Shown in pieces: positions 27,901 to 38,494 of a stretch of 64,000 nt of DNA (the first letter of the stretch is position 1; each line of letters begins with the position of its first letter). The notes below the pieces were generated by a model. It made no database searches and was not told the origin of the DNA. It was given only the letters and a program-made list of their open reading frames with translations. Source of the stretch: an uncultured Verrucomicrobiae bacterium (GTDB lineage Bacteria > Verrucomicrobiota > Verrucomicrobiia > Chthoniobacterales > UBA10450). The position numbers and the translations under genes were made by a program. The DNA is taken from the NCBI GenBank assembly GCA_963834385.1, contig CAWIBO010000002.1, positions 1,088,001 to 1,152,000 on the forward strand, in the 5' to 3' direction.

Positions 27901-28875
27901 ATGACCGCGCCCCTGCCGCGCATCCGCCAGGCATTTGTCCTCGGCGCCGGTCTTGGAACCCGTCTACGGCCGCTGACCGAGGAGCTGCCCAAGCCGCTGG
28001 TGCCCATTTTTCAAAAGCCGCTGATCACGTTCGCCTTCGACCATCTGCTGGATCTCGGGGTGGAACGTTTTCTGGTGAACACGCACCATCAGCCGCAGCA
28101 GTTCGCCGCGCATTTTCCCGACGGCACCTATCGCGAACGCGCCGTCACTTTTCATCACGAACCGATCCTGCTCGAAACCGCGGGCGGGATCGCCAACGTC
28201 GCGGAGGCGCTCGACCGTTCGGAGCCATTCCTCGTCTACAACGGGGACACCCTGACCGATCTGCCGCTGGCGCCGCTCCTGGCCGAGCATTTCCAGTCCG
28301 GCAACCTTGTCACCCTCGCCCTTCGTTCCTCCGGTGGTCCGCTCCACGTGGCCTTCGATCAGAAACGGGGACGCATCCTCGACCTGCGCAACCTGCGCGG
28401 GACCGGCGATCCCGGGCAGTTTCTTTTTACCGGCATCTATGTGGTGGACCCGGGTTTTCTCCAGTGGATCCGGCCCGGGGTGAAACAATCAGTCATCCCG
28501 ATCTTCCTGGAACTGATCGGGCGCGGCGAAAAACTGGGAGGCGTGGTCATCGACGACGGTCACTGGTGGGATGTCGGGACGCGGCAGGCCTACCTCGAGC
28601 TGCATCGCGAATTGCCGCAGCTCGATTTTCCGCGTCACCCGATTGAGCCGGCCGACTGGCGCGCGCCGGTTCATCCCACCGCCCGGGTCCATCCCAGTGC
28701 GGTGCTGCGCGGACAGACCGTGCTCGGGCGCGACGTTTCCGTGGGCGAAGGGGCGCTGGTGCAGGATTGCATCGCGTGGCCCGGCGCGGAAATTCGTTCG
28801 CAAAGCCGGCTGCGGAATTGTATCATCCGCGCCCGGAAAAAAGCCGGGGGAGATCTTCGTGACCAGGACATCTAA
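27901..28875 (+). CDS. Sugar-phosphate nucleotidyltransferase (MurU-like)
   Basis: AFVLGAGLGTRLRPLTEELPKPLVP, LETAGGI, NGD, WWDVGT. Confidence 0.88.
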   Translation: MTAPLPRIRQAFVLGAGLGTRLRPLTEELPKPLVPIFQKPLITFAFDHLLDLGVERFLVNTHHQPQQFAAHFPDGTYRERAVTFHHEPILLETAGGIANVAEALDRSEPFLVYNGDTLTDLPLAPLLAEHFQSGNLVTLALRSSGGPLHVAFDQKRGRILDLRNLRGTGDPGQFLFTGIYVVDPGFLQWIRPGVKQSVIPIFLELIGRGEKLGGVVIDDGHWWDVGTRQAYLELHRELPQLDFPRHPIEPADWRAPVHPTARVHPSAVLRGQTVLGRDVSVGEGALVQDCIAWPGAEIRSQSRLRNCIIRARKKAGGDLRDQDI

Positions 28876-29845
28876 CAAGACCGATCTGCTTTTACGCCAG
28901 ACGCGCCGGCATTTTCCCCGGCTCGACCAGGCCGAGGTGCGCATCACGCCGATCGAGAAGGGCGGGTCGGGTCGGAAATTCTACCGGGTGCGCCCGGCGG
29001 CCGGGGCCAGCCTGATCCTGGTGAAGTACAATCTGGAGCGCGAGGAGAACCGGCACTATGTGCGCGTGGCCGAGTTCCTCGCGGAGATGGGCGTGCGCGC
29101 GCCGCAGATTTATTTTCACGACGCCGCGGAGGGTTTGATCTGGCTGGAGGACCTTGGCGAAACCGATCTCTGGAGTTTTCGCGAGGAGAGCTGGCTGGTG
29201 CGACAGGCGCTCTACGAGTCGGCCCTGGCGGAAGCGGCCAAATTGCATGGCCTGAGCGCGGCCGCGGCGGCGCCGGTGGCGGAGAACCTCCCGGCGGAGT
29301 TCAACGCCGCCCTCTACGAGTGGGAGCAGTCCTACTTTTTTGAGAATTGCCTTGGCCGCCATTTCCAGGTGGCGCCGGCGGAGCTGGCCCGCCTCGCCGC
29401 CCTGCCACGCCTCGCCGCCATGGCCGCGGAGCTCGCCGCGAAACCGCGCGTCCTGATTCATCGCGATTTCCAGTCGCAGAACGTGATTGTGCGCAACGGC
29501 CAGGCTTACCTGATCGATTTCCAGGGGATGCGATATGGGCTGGCGGAATACGACCTCGCCTCCATGCTTTACGATCCCTACGTGACGCTGTCCGGGACCG
29601 AGCGGAGCGCGCTCTTCGACTCCTACCGGGAGAAGCGCGGCAACGCGGTCTCGACCGAGACGCTGCGGCTCTGCGCGCTGCAACGCCTGATGCAGGCGCT
29701 GGGGGCCTACGGATTTCTCGGGCTGGTGCAGGGGAACAGGGCGTTTCTGGCCCACATTCCGGCGGCCATGGCTTCGCTGGCCGGGTTGCTCGAGGAAACC
29801 GACGGGCTGGAACCGCTGGCCGGCGTCGTCTCTTCCCTCCGCTAA
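28859..29845 (+). CDS. Phosphotransferase, AmgK-like anomeric MurNAc/GlcNAc kinase
   Basis: GGSGRKFYR, LEDLG, IHRDFQSQN, IDFQG, YDLASMLYDPY, QRLMQALGAYGFL. Confidence 0.85.
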   Translation: MTRTSNKTDLLLRQTRRHFPRLDQAEVRITPIEKGGSGRKFYRVRPAAGASLILVKYNLEREENRHYVRVAEFLAEMGVRAPQIYFHDAAEGLIWLEDLGETDLWSFREESWLVRQALYESALAEAAKLHGLSAAAAAPVAENLPAEFNAALYEWEQSYFFENCLGRHFQVAPAELARLAALPRLAAMAAELAAKPRVLIHRDFQSQNVIVRNGQAYLIDFQGMRYGLAEYDLASMLYDPYVTLSGTERSALFDSYREKRGNAVSTETLRLCALQRLMQALGAYGFLGLVQGNRAFLAHIPAAMASLAGLLEETDGLEPLAGVVSSLR

Positions 29846-29926
29846 GGTCCGGCTGCCGCTTGCCGCCGGGCTATTTGCTGTTTGATTAACTTACCCGCCG
29901 ACCGCGGGGCAAAAGGAGGTTTTCTC

Positions 29927-30334
29927 ATGAAGAAACTTATGATTGGAGCGGTGCTTCTTGGCCTGACGGCCGCCACCGGCCCGGCCGAGCCCGCAGGCGG
30001 CAAACGGACGGACGCGGCTTATACAGAGGAACGAGCGCAGGTGGTCCGTTTCCCGGGCGAACGTCGCGTGGCCCGCGAAGTGCGCCAACTGAACCGGATG
30101 CGCGATCATCTCGGCGCGAAGATGCGGCTCTACAGCGCCGGCCCAAAAACCTGGCGTGAATTCCGCAACGCCTCGCGGGAAGTGCAGCGACTGACCGAGC
30201 GTGTTCGCGAGGGCGGTTATACCGCGCTCGAGATACGTGGACAGATCCGGTTCCTGCGGCTTCGCCTGAATCGCATCGAGCGCCACCTGCTCCTCCGTCC
30301 CAACGACGTTTTCGTCTGGGACAACCGGGATTAA
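29927..30334 (+). CDS. Hypothetical secreted, Arg-rich helical protein
   Basis: AGGAGG RBS upstream; MKKLMIGAVLLGL signal peptide. Confidence 0.7.
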   Translation: MKKLMIGAVLLGLTAATGPAEPAGGKRTDAAYTEERAQVVRFPGERRVAREVRQLNRMRDHLGAKMRLYSAGPKTWREFRNASREVQRLTERVREGGYTALEIRGQIRFLRLRLNRIERHLLLRPNDVFVWDNRD

Positions 30335-30341
30335 CCCGCGC

Positions 30342-30956
30342 TCAGGCGCGCACAAAAGGATTGCCGGTCCGTTCCCGCCCAATGGTGGTGGGCGGTCCGT
30401 GCCCGGGCAGGACCGTGACCGTTTCCGCGAGGGGATAAAGCTTTTCGCGAATCCCGGAGAACAGAAGGTCGGCATCGCCCCCGGGCAGGTCCCAGCGGCC
30501 CACCCCCCCGGCGAAAAGGACGTCGCCGCCGACCAGGAGCTCTTTCTCCCGCCAAAGGAAACAAAGGCTCCCGGGACAATGCCCCGGCACCTCCAGCACC
30601 TGCAGGGACAGCCCGAGAAACTCGCGCGCCTCCGTTTCCTCGATCAGGAAGTCCGGCTGCACCGGGGTAATCTCGAGCTGGAAGCCGAAATTCTTGAAAA
30701 AGTCGGGATCCGAGATCATCGGGGCGGTGGCGGCGTGACAGCCGACCGGGCATTGGAAGTGCGCCTTGATCCTGGCGACGTCCGGGACGTGATCGAAATG
30801 GCCATGGGTCAGGAGAAGAAGACGCACGTCGATTCCCTGCTCAATGGCCCAGGCACAGGCCCCGTCTGGGGCATCAAAGAGAATGGCCCCACCCGGCGCG
30901 GCCACGACATAACAGTTGGTCTCAAAAATTCCGCCGCAAAACGTCTGGTAATCCAT
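30342..30956 (-). CDS. MBL-fold metallo-hydrolase (glyoxalase II-like)
   Basis: THGHFDH, PGHCPGS, GDVLF, PGHGP. Confidence 0.93.
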   Translation of the reverse strand: MDYQTFCGGIFETNCYVVAAPGGAILFDAPDGACAWAIEQGIDVRLLLLTHGHFDHVPDVARIKAHFQCPVGCHAATAPMISDPDFFKNFGFQLEITPVQPDFLIEETEAREFLGLSLQVLEVPGHCPGSLCFLWREKELLVGGDVLFAGGVGRWDLPGGDADLLFSGIREKLYPLAETVTVLPGHGPPTTIGRERTGNPFVRA

Positions 30957-31191
30957 GTGCCGATGTTGTTACCCTTTCCGGGAGTGCGCGTCCCGGGGAA
31001 AATGGGCTTAAAACGACGCTACGAAGAAGTCTTTCCTATTTTCGGCTTCGTGGAACAGAAGATGCAGCCGATTATGGAAAATTGAATGTTCCCCGGGGTT
31101 CGTTGTCTCATTTTGAACCCTCATGAAGCTCCCCCGCGTATCTTGCTTAAACCCAAATCCCTGTCACTGTGGTAAACCGCTTTTTTCTAGA

Positions 31192-33389
31192 ATGAAGGTA
31201 TCGTCAAGTCGGTCGTCGGGTCTACTGGGTCTCGTGCTGGCGGCCGCGCTGGTCGTTCCCGCGCCCCTGCAGGCCAAAACAGATCTCGAGCAGGTGGCGG
31301 TTTCGGTCGGCCGCCTCCTGGAAGAGGGGCATTATACCCGGGCGCCGCTGGACGACGCGGTTTCGAAAAAATTCCTGCGCACCTACCTTGAGGTGCTCGA
31401 TTTCAGCCACCTTTTCTTCACCCAGGAGGATGTGGACGCTCTCACGGCCAAGTACGCCACCTCGCTGGACGATGATGTGCTCCTCGGGAACCTGAAACCG
31501 GCGTATGAGATCTACGATCTTTACCTGAAACGCGTGGACGACCGCGTGGCCAAGGTGAAAGAGATGCTCAAACAGCCGGTCGAGTTCACCTCGGATGCCA
31601 CCATTCAGCTGAGCCGCCAGAAGGCGCCCTGGCCCAAGAACATGGCCGAGGCCGACCAGCTCTGGCGCGATCGCATTGCCAATGAGTTGCTCCAGGAAAA
31701 ATTGAGCGAGCACCCGATCGAACCGGGACCGCAGCTGATCGCCAAGCGCTACGACCGGCTGGCCCGGAGCGTGCATGAGCAGGATCGCGACGAGCAGGTG
31801 AAACTGTTCCTGGCTTCGCTGGCCCAGGCGTATGACCCGCACTCGGAATACCTGAGCAAGGCCGACCTGAAAAATTTCAGCATCAACATGGGCCTCTCCC
31901 TCGTGGGCATCGGCGCCATGCTCCGTTCCGAGGATGGTTACGCCAAGATCGAGAGCCTGGTCGCGGGCGGCCCGGCGCAGTCGGATGGCCGTTTGAAAGT
32001 GGGCGATCGCATCACCGCGGTGGCGCAGGGCGAAAAGGAATTCGTGGATACGCGCGACATGCGCCTCGACAAGGTGGTGGAGATGATCCGGGGAAGAAGG
32101 GCACCCGGGTCCGGCTGCTCGTCATCCCGGCGGACGCGGCCGATCCCTCCAAGCGCAAGACGATTGAGCTGGTGCGGGCGGAGATCAAACTGAAGGACCA
32201 GGAAGCGCGGGCCGACATCATCATTCGGAAAAACGGGAACGGCGAACCGGTCAAGCTGGGCTGGGTCACGCTCCCTTCGTTTTATGCCGACATGGACAAG
32301 CACCAGAAGAGCACCACCAAGGATGTGCAGGCTCTCCTGAAACGGTTGAAGAAGGAGAACATCGAGGGTTTGGTGATCGATCTTCGGCGCAACGGCGGCG
32401 GCTCCCTCGAGGAGGCCATCCAGCTCACCGGTCTTTTTCTCAAGTCAGGCCCGATCGTTCAGACCAAGAGCGCCACCGGGAACATCTCCGTCTCGAGCGA
32501 CCGCGATCCCGGCATCGCCTACACGGGTCCGCTGGTGGTCCTGACCAGCCGGCAAAGCGCCTCGGCCAGTGAAATTTTTGCCGGCGCCCTGCAGGATTAC
32601 GGCCGGGCCGTGATCGTGGGCGACAAGAACACCTTTGGAAAAGGGACGGTCCAGACCATTCTCGACATTGGCCGGTTCACTTCGCTGCTCGGGAGCCGTT
32701 CGCAGGAGGATGGCGCTTTGAAACTGACCATCCAGAAGTTTTACCGGGTGGCCGGCGGCTCGACCCAGTTGAACGGGGTGGCTTCGGATATCGTGGTCCC
32801 GAGCCTGACCGATCTGCCGGAATATGGCGAAAGCGCCCTGAAAAACTCCCTGCCCTACGACGAAGTGCCGAAGGCGCGCTTCACCCGGTGGGAGGGGTCG
32901 CCCCTTTTCCTGGACGAACTGCGGCGCCGGTCGCAGGAGCGGATCAAGACCGATCCCGAGTTCCATTATGTGATGGAAGACATGGAACGGCTCCGGAAAC
33001 GGCTGGATGAAAACCGGATCACCCTGAACGAGGAGGCGCGGCGCCGGGAACTGCAGGAGGACAAGGCGCGCAAGGAACTGCGGACCAAGGAACGGCTGGC
33101 GCGCAACGTGGAGGAACCGCGCATTTACCGGCTGACCCTCGACACCCTCGACAAGGCCGACCTGCAATTGATCATGTATCCGGGCAAGCTCGCGGAAGCG
33201 CGCAAGGCCGGAACCACGGGCAAAGTGGCCCCGGAAGCGGCCAGCGACGCGGAGAGCGAGGACGAGGAGAACGCGGACGGCACGAAGGATCCGGCGATCG
33301 ATCCGACCCGGGATGAGACGCTGAACATCCTGTCTGATCTCGCGGCCCTGAGCAAGGTCCCGCGCACGGCCAGCGCGAGCCGGCCGTAA
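31192..33389 (+). CDS. prc: Carboxy-terminal processing protease, S41 (frameshift at ~32090, probable error)
   Basis: YDPHSEY, GIGA PDZ motif, IDLRRNGGGSL, SASASEIFAGALQDYGR, GKGTVQ, LTIQKFYR. Confidence 0.92.
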
Positions 33390-33451
33390 AATCGGCGGTG
33401 CGCATGGTGGCGGCTCTTCCCAAGCGGATGGCGACCCGGTAGTCTGTGCCG

Positions 33452-36286
33452 ATGGCGTGGCGGAAATCTGTTTCCCTGCTTCTTCTCGCACTCTGGGCGG
33501 GCGGTTCCTCTTTTGTCTCTGCGCAGACCCCGCCGCCGGCCGGCGGTGAGATCGATCTGCCCGGGCTGCACGCCCGGGCCATGCAGGCATTCAACGGCGG
33601 CAACTTCGCGCAGGCCGCCACCGACCTCGAGGCGATCACCACCCGCGCCGAATTTTCGCCGCAGCTTGAGCCCGTTTTTTTTACCCTCGGCTCGGCCTAC
33701 TTCAACGCCGGCGACTACAACAAGGCCGCAGCTGCCTACAAGAATTACCTGGCCAAGTTTCCCGCCGGCCCGCGCGCGGCCGAGGCTCAGTTTGCCCTCG
33801 CGCAGTGCAGTTTGCAGAACAAGGACTTTACCGCGGCCGCCCAGCAGTTTGCCGTCCTGGAAAAGGATCCTCGTTTCCGGGAGCAGGCGCTTCTTTACCA
33901 GGCCAACGCCCTCAAGGAAACCGGCAGGATCGACCAGGCCATCCAGGCCCTGGAATCCCTCGCGGGCGGCGAATTGAAGACCCGTTCGTCCGTGCGCGGC
34001 GCCCTGACCCTGGCCCAGCTTTACGCACAGAAAGGCGCGGCGGAGAAAGCGGTCAAGACCGTGGAGAAAATCCACGAGAATCTCCGGTTGGTCGACAACA
34101 TCGTGGAGTTGAACGCCATCACGGTGGAGCTGGGCGACGAGCTCTTTAACAAGAAGTCGTTTGCCGAGGCGCTCGCCTGTTACCGCTCGGCCTATCCGCG
34201 CGAACAGATCATCCGGATGCAGAACGAGCGCATCGGCGCGATGCAGGCCGCGATCGAGTCGAACCTGGCCGCGGGCCGCGCCGATCCCTCGCAGTTCCCC
34301 GCGTTCGCCGCGCAAAACCAGCAGCTCAAGGCCGAGATCGAGAACTCGCAGAAACTTTTGCAGGAATTCGAGAAGCTGCCCAGCATCACCCCGGCGATTT
34401 ACATCCGCCTGGGCCGCTGCTTCTACGAGATCGATCGCAAATGGGAGGCGATCGTGGTTTACCAGGAACTGCTCGACCGTTTTCCGGAAGCGGCTGAGCG
34501 CGAGCCCGCGCTCTTCGGCATCATTGTCGCCCTGGCCGAGGTGGAACAGCCGGCGAAGGCCCAGGCGCGCTGCGAGGAATACCTGAAGGATTTCAAGAGC
34601 GGCCCGAATGCCGAGACCGTCGGTTATTTGCTCGGCGCCATGTCGCTGCAGGCAAACGACCCGGTCGCGGCCGAAGCCTATTTCGGGCGGATGCTCGAGA
34701 CCCAGCCGAAGAGCAGTTATCGCGAGCAGATCCGGTTTTTGCTCGGCAACGCCAAGCTCATGGCGGGGAAATACGACGAGGCCCGCGCGGAATATGAGAA
34801 GTACCTGAAGGAATTCCCAAAGGGCGGCAATCTCGAGGAGGTAACCTACCGGATCGCGCTGAGTTCGCTTTTCGCCGGCAACTATGAACGGGCGATGAAG
34901 GAGATCGGCGAGTATCTCAAAAAATATCCCAAGGGGACCTTCGTGGCCGACGCGAAATATCGGCTCGCCGTCTGCAAATACGCCGCCTCGCTTTACGACG
35001 ACGTCGTCAACGACATGAAGGCGTGGGAGGAGGAGTTCAAGGAGAACCCCCAACTCGGCGAAGTGCTTGCCCTGCGGGCGGACGCCGTGGCCGCGCTGGG
35101 TCGCGACAGCGAGGCCGGGCAGCTCTACGTCCGGGCCTACCAGGCCGCCACGACTGACGAGGTGATGAACTATTCGCTCGAGGCCGCCTCCAAGATTTTT
35201 CAGAAGCGCGGTGAGTGGGACAAGGTCTCTTCGCTTTACGCCGGCTTCATCAGCGAACGGCCGGACCATCCGACGGTCCTGACCGCCCTTTACTGGATTG
35301 GCAAGGCCAAGGCCCGGGAAGGCAAGGTGGACGAGGCGAAGAAAATTACCGCCGACACCATCATGAAATACATTGGCGACCCGCAACGGGAGCCGGTGGA
35401 GATGCTGCTGACCCAGCTTGCCCAGCTGACCGTGCGGAAGAAACGGCCGACCGACCAGGAGCCCGCAGCCGGCGCCCCGGCCGCGCCGACGGACCCGGCC
35501 GCCGAGCTGGAAGCGTTGTTGAGCGGCGGCGAAGGCGAGCCTAACGCGACCACACGCGCGCGCATCCTCTACGCGAAAGCGGAGCTGGCCCGGCTGCAGC
35601 GGCAGCCGGAGGTGCAGGCGGAACGGACCGGTGAGATTGCGCAATTCAAGCCGGAGGAGCTGAGCCCGGTGCTGCTCGGGGTGGCGGGCGATCATCTCGT
35701 GGCCCAGAAAAAATACGCCGAGGCCCGAGCCTTCTTTCAGTACCTGATGGAAGAATTTCCCAAGAGCGACAGCATCGACTTCGCCTACAACGGCCTGGGG
35801 GAGATCGCCCTCGCCGAGAAGGACCTCCCGCGGGCGCTGCGCTTTTTCAGCGAAGGCACGGACAAGATCGTGGCCGTGCAAAAGATGAAAGAGCTGACGA
35901 TTGGAAAAGCGCAGACGCTTTTTGCCATGGGACGTTTTGTCGAGGCCAAGAAACTGTTCGAGCAGATCGCGTCGGTGCGCGAATGGCGCGGTGAAGCCAC
36001 CGCCATGAGCGTTTTCTCCCTGGGAGAGATCGAGGCAAAACAGGGGCGCTGGGCGGAGGCTAACGCCTATTTCCAGCGGGTCTACGTGGGCTACCAGAAA
36101 TTCCTGCCGTGGGTGGCGAAGGCTTACCTGCGCAGCGCGGAAAGCTTTGAAAAGCTGAACAAACCGGAGGAAGCGGTGAAGACCTACCGCGAATTGCTGC
36201 GGGTGGCGCAGGAGAAACAGGAGCTGGCGAAGTTCGGCGAAACGGAGGAGGCGCGGAAACGGCTGGCCGCCCTGAACCAGGGATGA
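33452..36286 (+). CDS. Large secreted tetratricopeptide-repeat protein
   Basis: Signal peptide; many TPR/CpoB-like repeats (YKNYLAKFP, YQELLDRFP, YEKYLKEFP, YLMEEFP). Confidence 0.9.
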   Translation: MAWRKSVSLLLLALWAGGSSFVSAQTPPPAGGEIDLPGLHARAMQAFNGGNFAQAATDLEAITTRAEFSPQLEPVFFTLGSAYFNAGDYNKAAAAYKNYLAKFPAGPRAAEAQFALAQCSLQNKDFTAAAQQFAVLEKDPRFREQALLYQANALKETGRIDQAIQALESLAGGELKTRSSVRGALTLAQLYAQKGAAEKAVKTVEKIHENLRLVDNIVELNAITVELGDELFNKKSFAEALACYRSAYPREQIIRMQNERIGAMQAAIESNLAAGRADPSQFPAFAAQNQQLKAEIENSQKLLQEFEKLPSITPAIYIRLGRCFYEIDRKWEAIVVYQELLDRFPEAAEREPALFGIIVALAEVEQPAKAQARCEEYLKDFKSGPNAETVGYLLGAMSLQANDPVAAEAYFGRMLETQPKSSYREQIRFLLGNAKLMAGKYDEARAEYEKYLKEFPKGGNLEEVTYRIALSSLFAGNYERAMKEIGEYLKKYPKGTFVADAKYRLAVCKYAASLYDDVVNDMKAWEEEFKENPQLGEVLALRADAVAALGRDSEAGQLYVRAYQAATTDEVMNYSLEAASKIFQKRGEWDKVSSLYAGFISERPDHPTVLTALYWIGKAKAREGKVDEAKKITADTIMKYIGDPQREPVEMLLTQLAQLTVRKKRPTDQEPAAGAPAAPTDPAAELEALLSGGEGEPNATTRARILYAKAELARLQRQPEVQAERTGEIAQFKPEELSPVLLGVAGDHLVAQKKYAEARAFFQYLMEEFPKSDSIDFAYNGLGEIALAEKDLPRALRFFSEGTDKIVAVQKMKELTIGKAQTLFAMGRFVEAKKLFEQIASVREWRGEATAMSVFSLGEIEAKQGRWAEANAYFQRVYVGYQKFLPWVAKAYLRSAESFEKLNKPEEAVKTYRELLRVAQEKQELAKFGETEEARKRLAALNQG

Positions 36287-37149
36287 TGAGAACCATTGAA
36301 CAAAGCTGGCGGGCGGCGCTGCTCCTATCCTTTCTCGCCGCGACGGTCTCGGCCCAGCAGCCGGCTGCTTCGCCCGCGGGTTCCCCGCCGCCCATCCAGA
36401 TCCTGCTTGCCACCGGCCAGACGGTCGAGACCACGAGCGTGCGGCGCGACCGCGACATGGTCATGGCGCGGATCGAGGTCGGGGGAAGCACCGGCGAGGT
36501 CGGTTACCAGGCGGGCCAGATCCAGCGCATCAATTTCCCCGAGCCGCGCGGGATCAAGCGGGCGACCGAGCTGCTCTCGCAGGGGAATGCCGAACAGGCC
36601 CTGCAGGAATTGAATCCGCTCATCTCCTTTTATTCGCCCTTTCGCGACATTGAAGGTTCCTGGTGGGGACCGGCGGCCCTGCTCAAGGTTTCAGCCCTGG
36701 CTGCCCTCGGCCGGGACCGCGAAGCCGAACCGTTGGCGCAGGAAATCCAGCGCACGGCCAAAAACCCTGAGACGGCGCGTGCCGCCAATCTTCGGCTGGC
36801 TTCCGCCCTGATCAGCAAGCGGCAGTTCGACAAGGCGGCCGAGATTTGCCAGGAAGCGATCAAGGCCAGCACGGAACCGGGTGTGCTGGCCGATGCCTGG
36901 GTCATCCAAGGGAACCTCCATTCTGCGCAGAAGGAATGGGCCGAGGCGCTGCTGGCCTACCTCCGGGTCCCGGTCTTTTATCCCGCCCAGAAACTTCACC
37001 TGCCGGAGGCTCTCCTGGGGGCCGGCAGGGCCTACCGGCGCCTGGAAGACTTGGAAAGAGCCAAACGATCGTTTAATGACCTGATCGCGATGTTTCCAAA
37101 GTCGAGCGAGGCCGCGCTGGCCCAAACCGAGTTAAAGAGGATAAAGTAG
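36283..37149 (+). CDS. Secreted TPR protein
   Basis: Signal peptide; ALLAYLRVPVFYP and FNDLIAMFPKS repeats; ATGA coupling to upstream gene. Confidence 0.88.
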   Translation: MMRTIEQSWRAALLLSFLAATVSAQQPAASPAGSPPPIQILLATGQTVETTSVRRDRDMVMARIEVGGSTGEVGYQAGQIQRINFPEPRGIKRATELLSQGNAEQALQELNPLISFYSPFRDIEGSWWGPAALLKVSALAALGRDREAEPLAQEIQRTAKNPETARAANLRLASALISKRQFDKAAEICQEAIKASTEPGVLADAWVIQGNLHSAQKEWAEALLAYLRVPVFYPAQKLHLPEALLGAGRAYRRLEDLERAKRSFNDLIAMFPKSSEAALAQTELKRIK

Positions 37150-37168
37150 AGTCCGTCCCATCCGTTTT

Positions 37169-38011
37169 ATGAAAGCAAAAACCATCTATCTCGCCCTGGT
37201 CGCCCTGACGGCGCTCGGGCTTTTCGTTTCCGCCGCGCTGGCGCAGGCGCCGGCGTCCGCGCCGGCCCACGGCAGCGGCATTCACTCCAAGACGCTCTGG
37301 GAGCAGATCAAGGAAGGCGGCTGGGTCATGGTGCCGCTGGCCCTTTGTTCCGTGGCGACCCTTTACCTGATCGGGGATGGCGTCATGCGCACCGGGCGCA
37401 AACGAAGCGCGCCGCCGGAATACGAGGAGGCGGTGAAATCGCTCTTCCGCCAGGGCGACTACGTGGGCGCCTACAATTACTGCAAGGAACATCCGTCGCC
37501 GCTGACCAACGTGCTCCGCGTCGGCATTTCCATGCTGGGAGAAGGCAAACAGATCGCCGAGGAATCGATGATGTCGGAACTGGCCAAGGAGAATTCCTCC
37601 ATGCAGACCTACATCAGCTATCTCTCCGTTATGGGCGTCTGCACGCCGATGATCGGTCTTGTCGGCACCGTCACCGGCATGATCAAGGCCTTTGCCACCC
37701 TGGGTGCGGCCGGAATCGGTGATCCCTCGGGTCTTTCTGCCGCCATCGGCGAGGTGCTGGTGGCGACGGCGAGCGGCCTGATCGTGGCCATCCCGGCTTT
37801 CGGCGCCTTTTATTTTCTGCGCAACCGCGCCGCCGCGGCGGTGAACCACATCCACGACGTGATCAACGGCCTCTTCCGAAAGATGCCGTATGAGAACCTG
37901 GCCGGGGTGCACATTGGCGACGAGGAACTTTACGCGGCCATTCCGAACTGGGTGGCCCATCCGGTGGGCGATCCCCATGCGGTGGCGGCTCCGGCCGAGC
38001 AGCCGACCTAA
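37169..38011 (+). CDS. MotA/TolQ/ExbB proton channel family protein
   Basis: GGWVMVPL, TPMIGLVGTVTGMIKAF, IGEVLVATASGLIVAIPA. Confidence 0.94.
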   Translation: MKAKTIYLALVALTALGLFVSAALAQAPASAPAHGSGIHSKTLWEQIKEGGWVMVPLALCSVATLYLIGDGVMRTGRKRSAPPEYEEAVKSLFRQGDYVGAYNYCKEHPSPLTNVLRVGISMLGEGKQIAEESMMSELAKENSSMQTYISYLSVMGVCTPMIGLVGTVTGMIKAFATLGAAGIGDPSGLSAAIGEVLVATASGLIVAIPAFGAFYFLRNRAAAAVNHIHDVINGLFRKMPYENLAGVHIGDEELYAAIPNWVAHPVGDPHAVAAPAEQPT

Positions 38012-38029
38012 GGGAGAGGGGAGAGTCTC

Positions 38030-38491
38030 ATGGCAGGCGGAGGCGGCGGCACAGATTCAGGCGAGCCGGAGTTCCAGATCGCTCCGATGATCGATGTCCT
38101 TTTGGTCATCCTGATCTTTTTCATGACGATCACGTCGGCCCAGGTCCTGAAGGTGGACAAATCGATTCAGCTCCCGATCGCGAAGGACGCCCAGAAGAAG
38201 GACAACACCCGGGCCGAGGCGGTGGTGAACGTCCGCTGGAACAAGGAGGCAAAGAAGGCGGTCTTCACCTTCGACGACCGGGTTTATCCGCAGGCGGGCG
38301 CCATGTCCGAGCCGTTGAAAGTGGCGCGCATCACCGGCGAGAAAAAGGTCACGCAGGGGGCCAACCCGAATTTTCGCGCGGTCATCCGCGGCGACCGCGA
38401 TGTGCCCGCCATTTTTATTTCGCAGGCAATGAACGCGTGTGCCGAGGCCGGCATCGTCGATATTTCGTTTTCCGCCGTGAACAAGGACTAG
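38030..38491 (+). CDS. ExbD/TolR family protein
   Basis: IAPMIDVLLVILIFFM; IRGDRDV. Confidence 0.93.
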   Translation: MAGGGGGTDSGEPEFQIAPMIDVLLVILIFFMTITSAQVLKVDKSIQLPIAKDAQKKDNTRAEAVVNVRWNKEAKKAVFTFDDRVYPQAGAMSEPLKVARITGEKKVTQGANPNFRAVIRGDRDVPAIFISQAMNACAEAGIVDISFSAVNKD

Positions 38492-38494
38492 GGC

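Noticed and set aside
31002..31085. Short ORF MGLKRRYEEVF… in the MBL-prc divergent spacer
   Set aside because: No supporting RBS or motif; it lies in a probable promoter region.
33125..35881. 918-aa minus-strand ORF
   Set aside because: Antisense shadow of the TPR gene produced by high-GC codon bias; no recognisable motifs.
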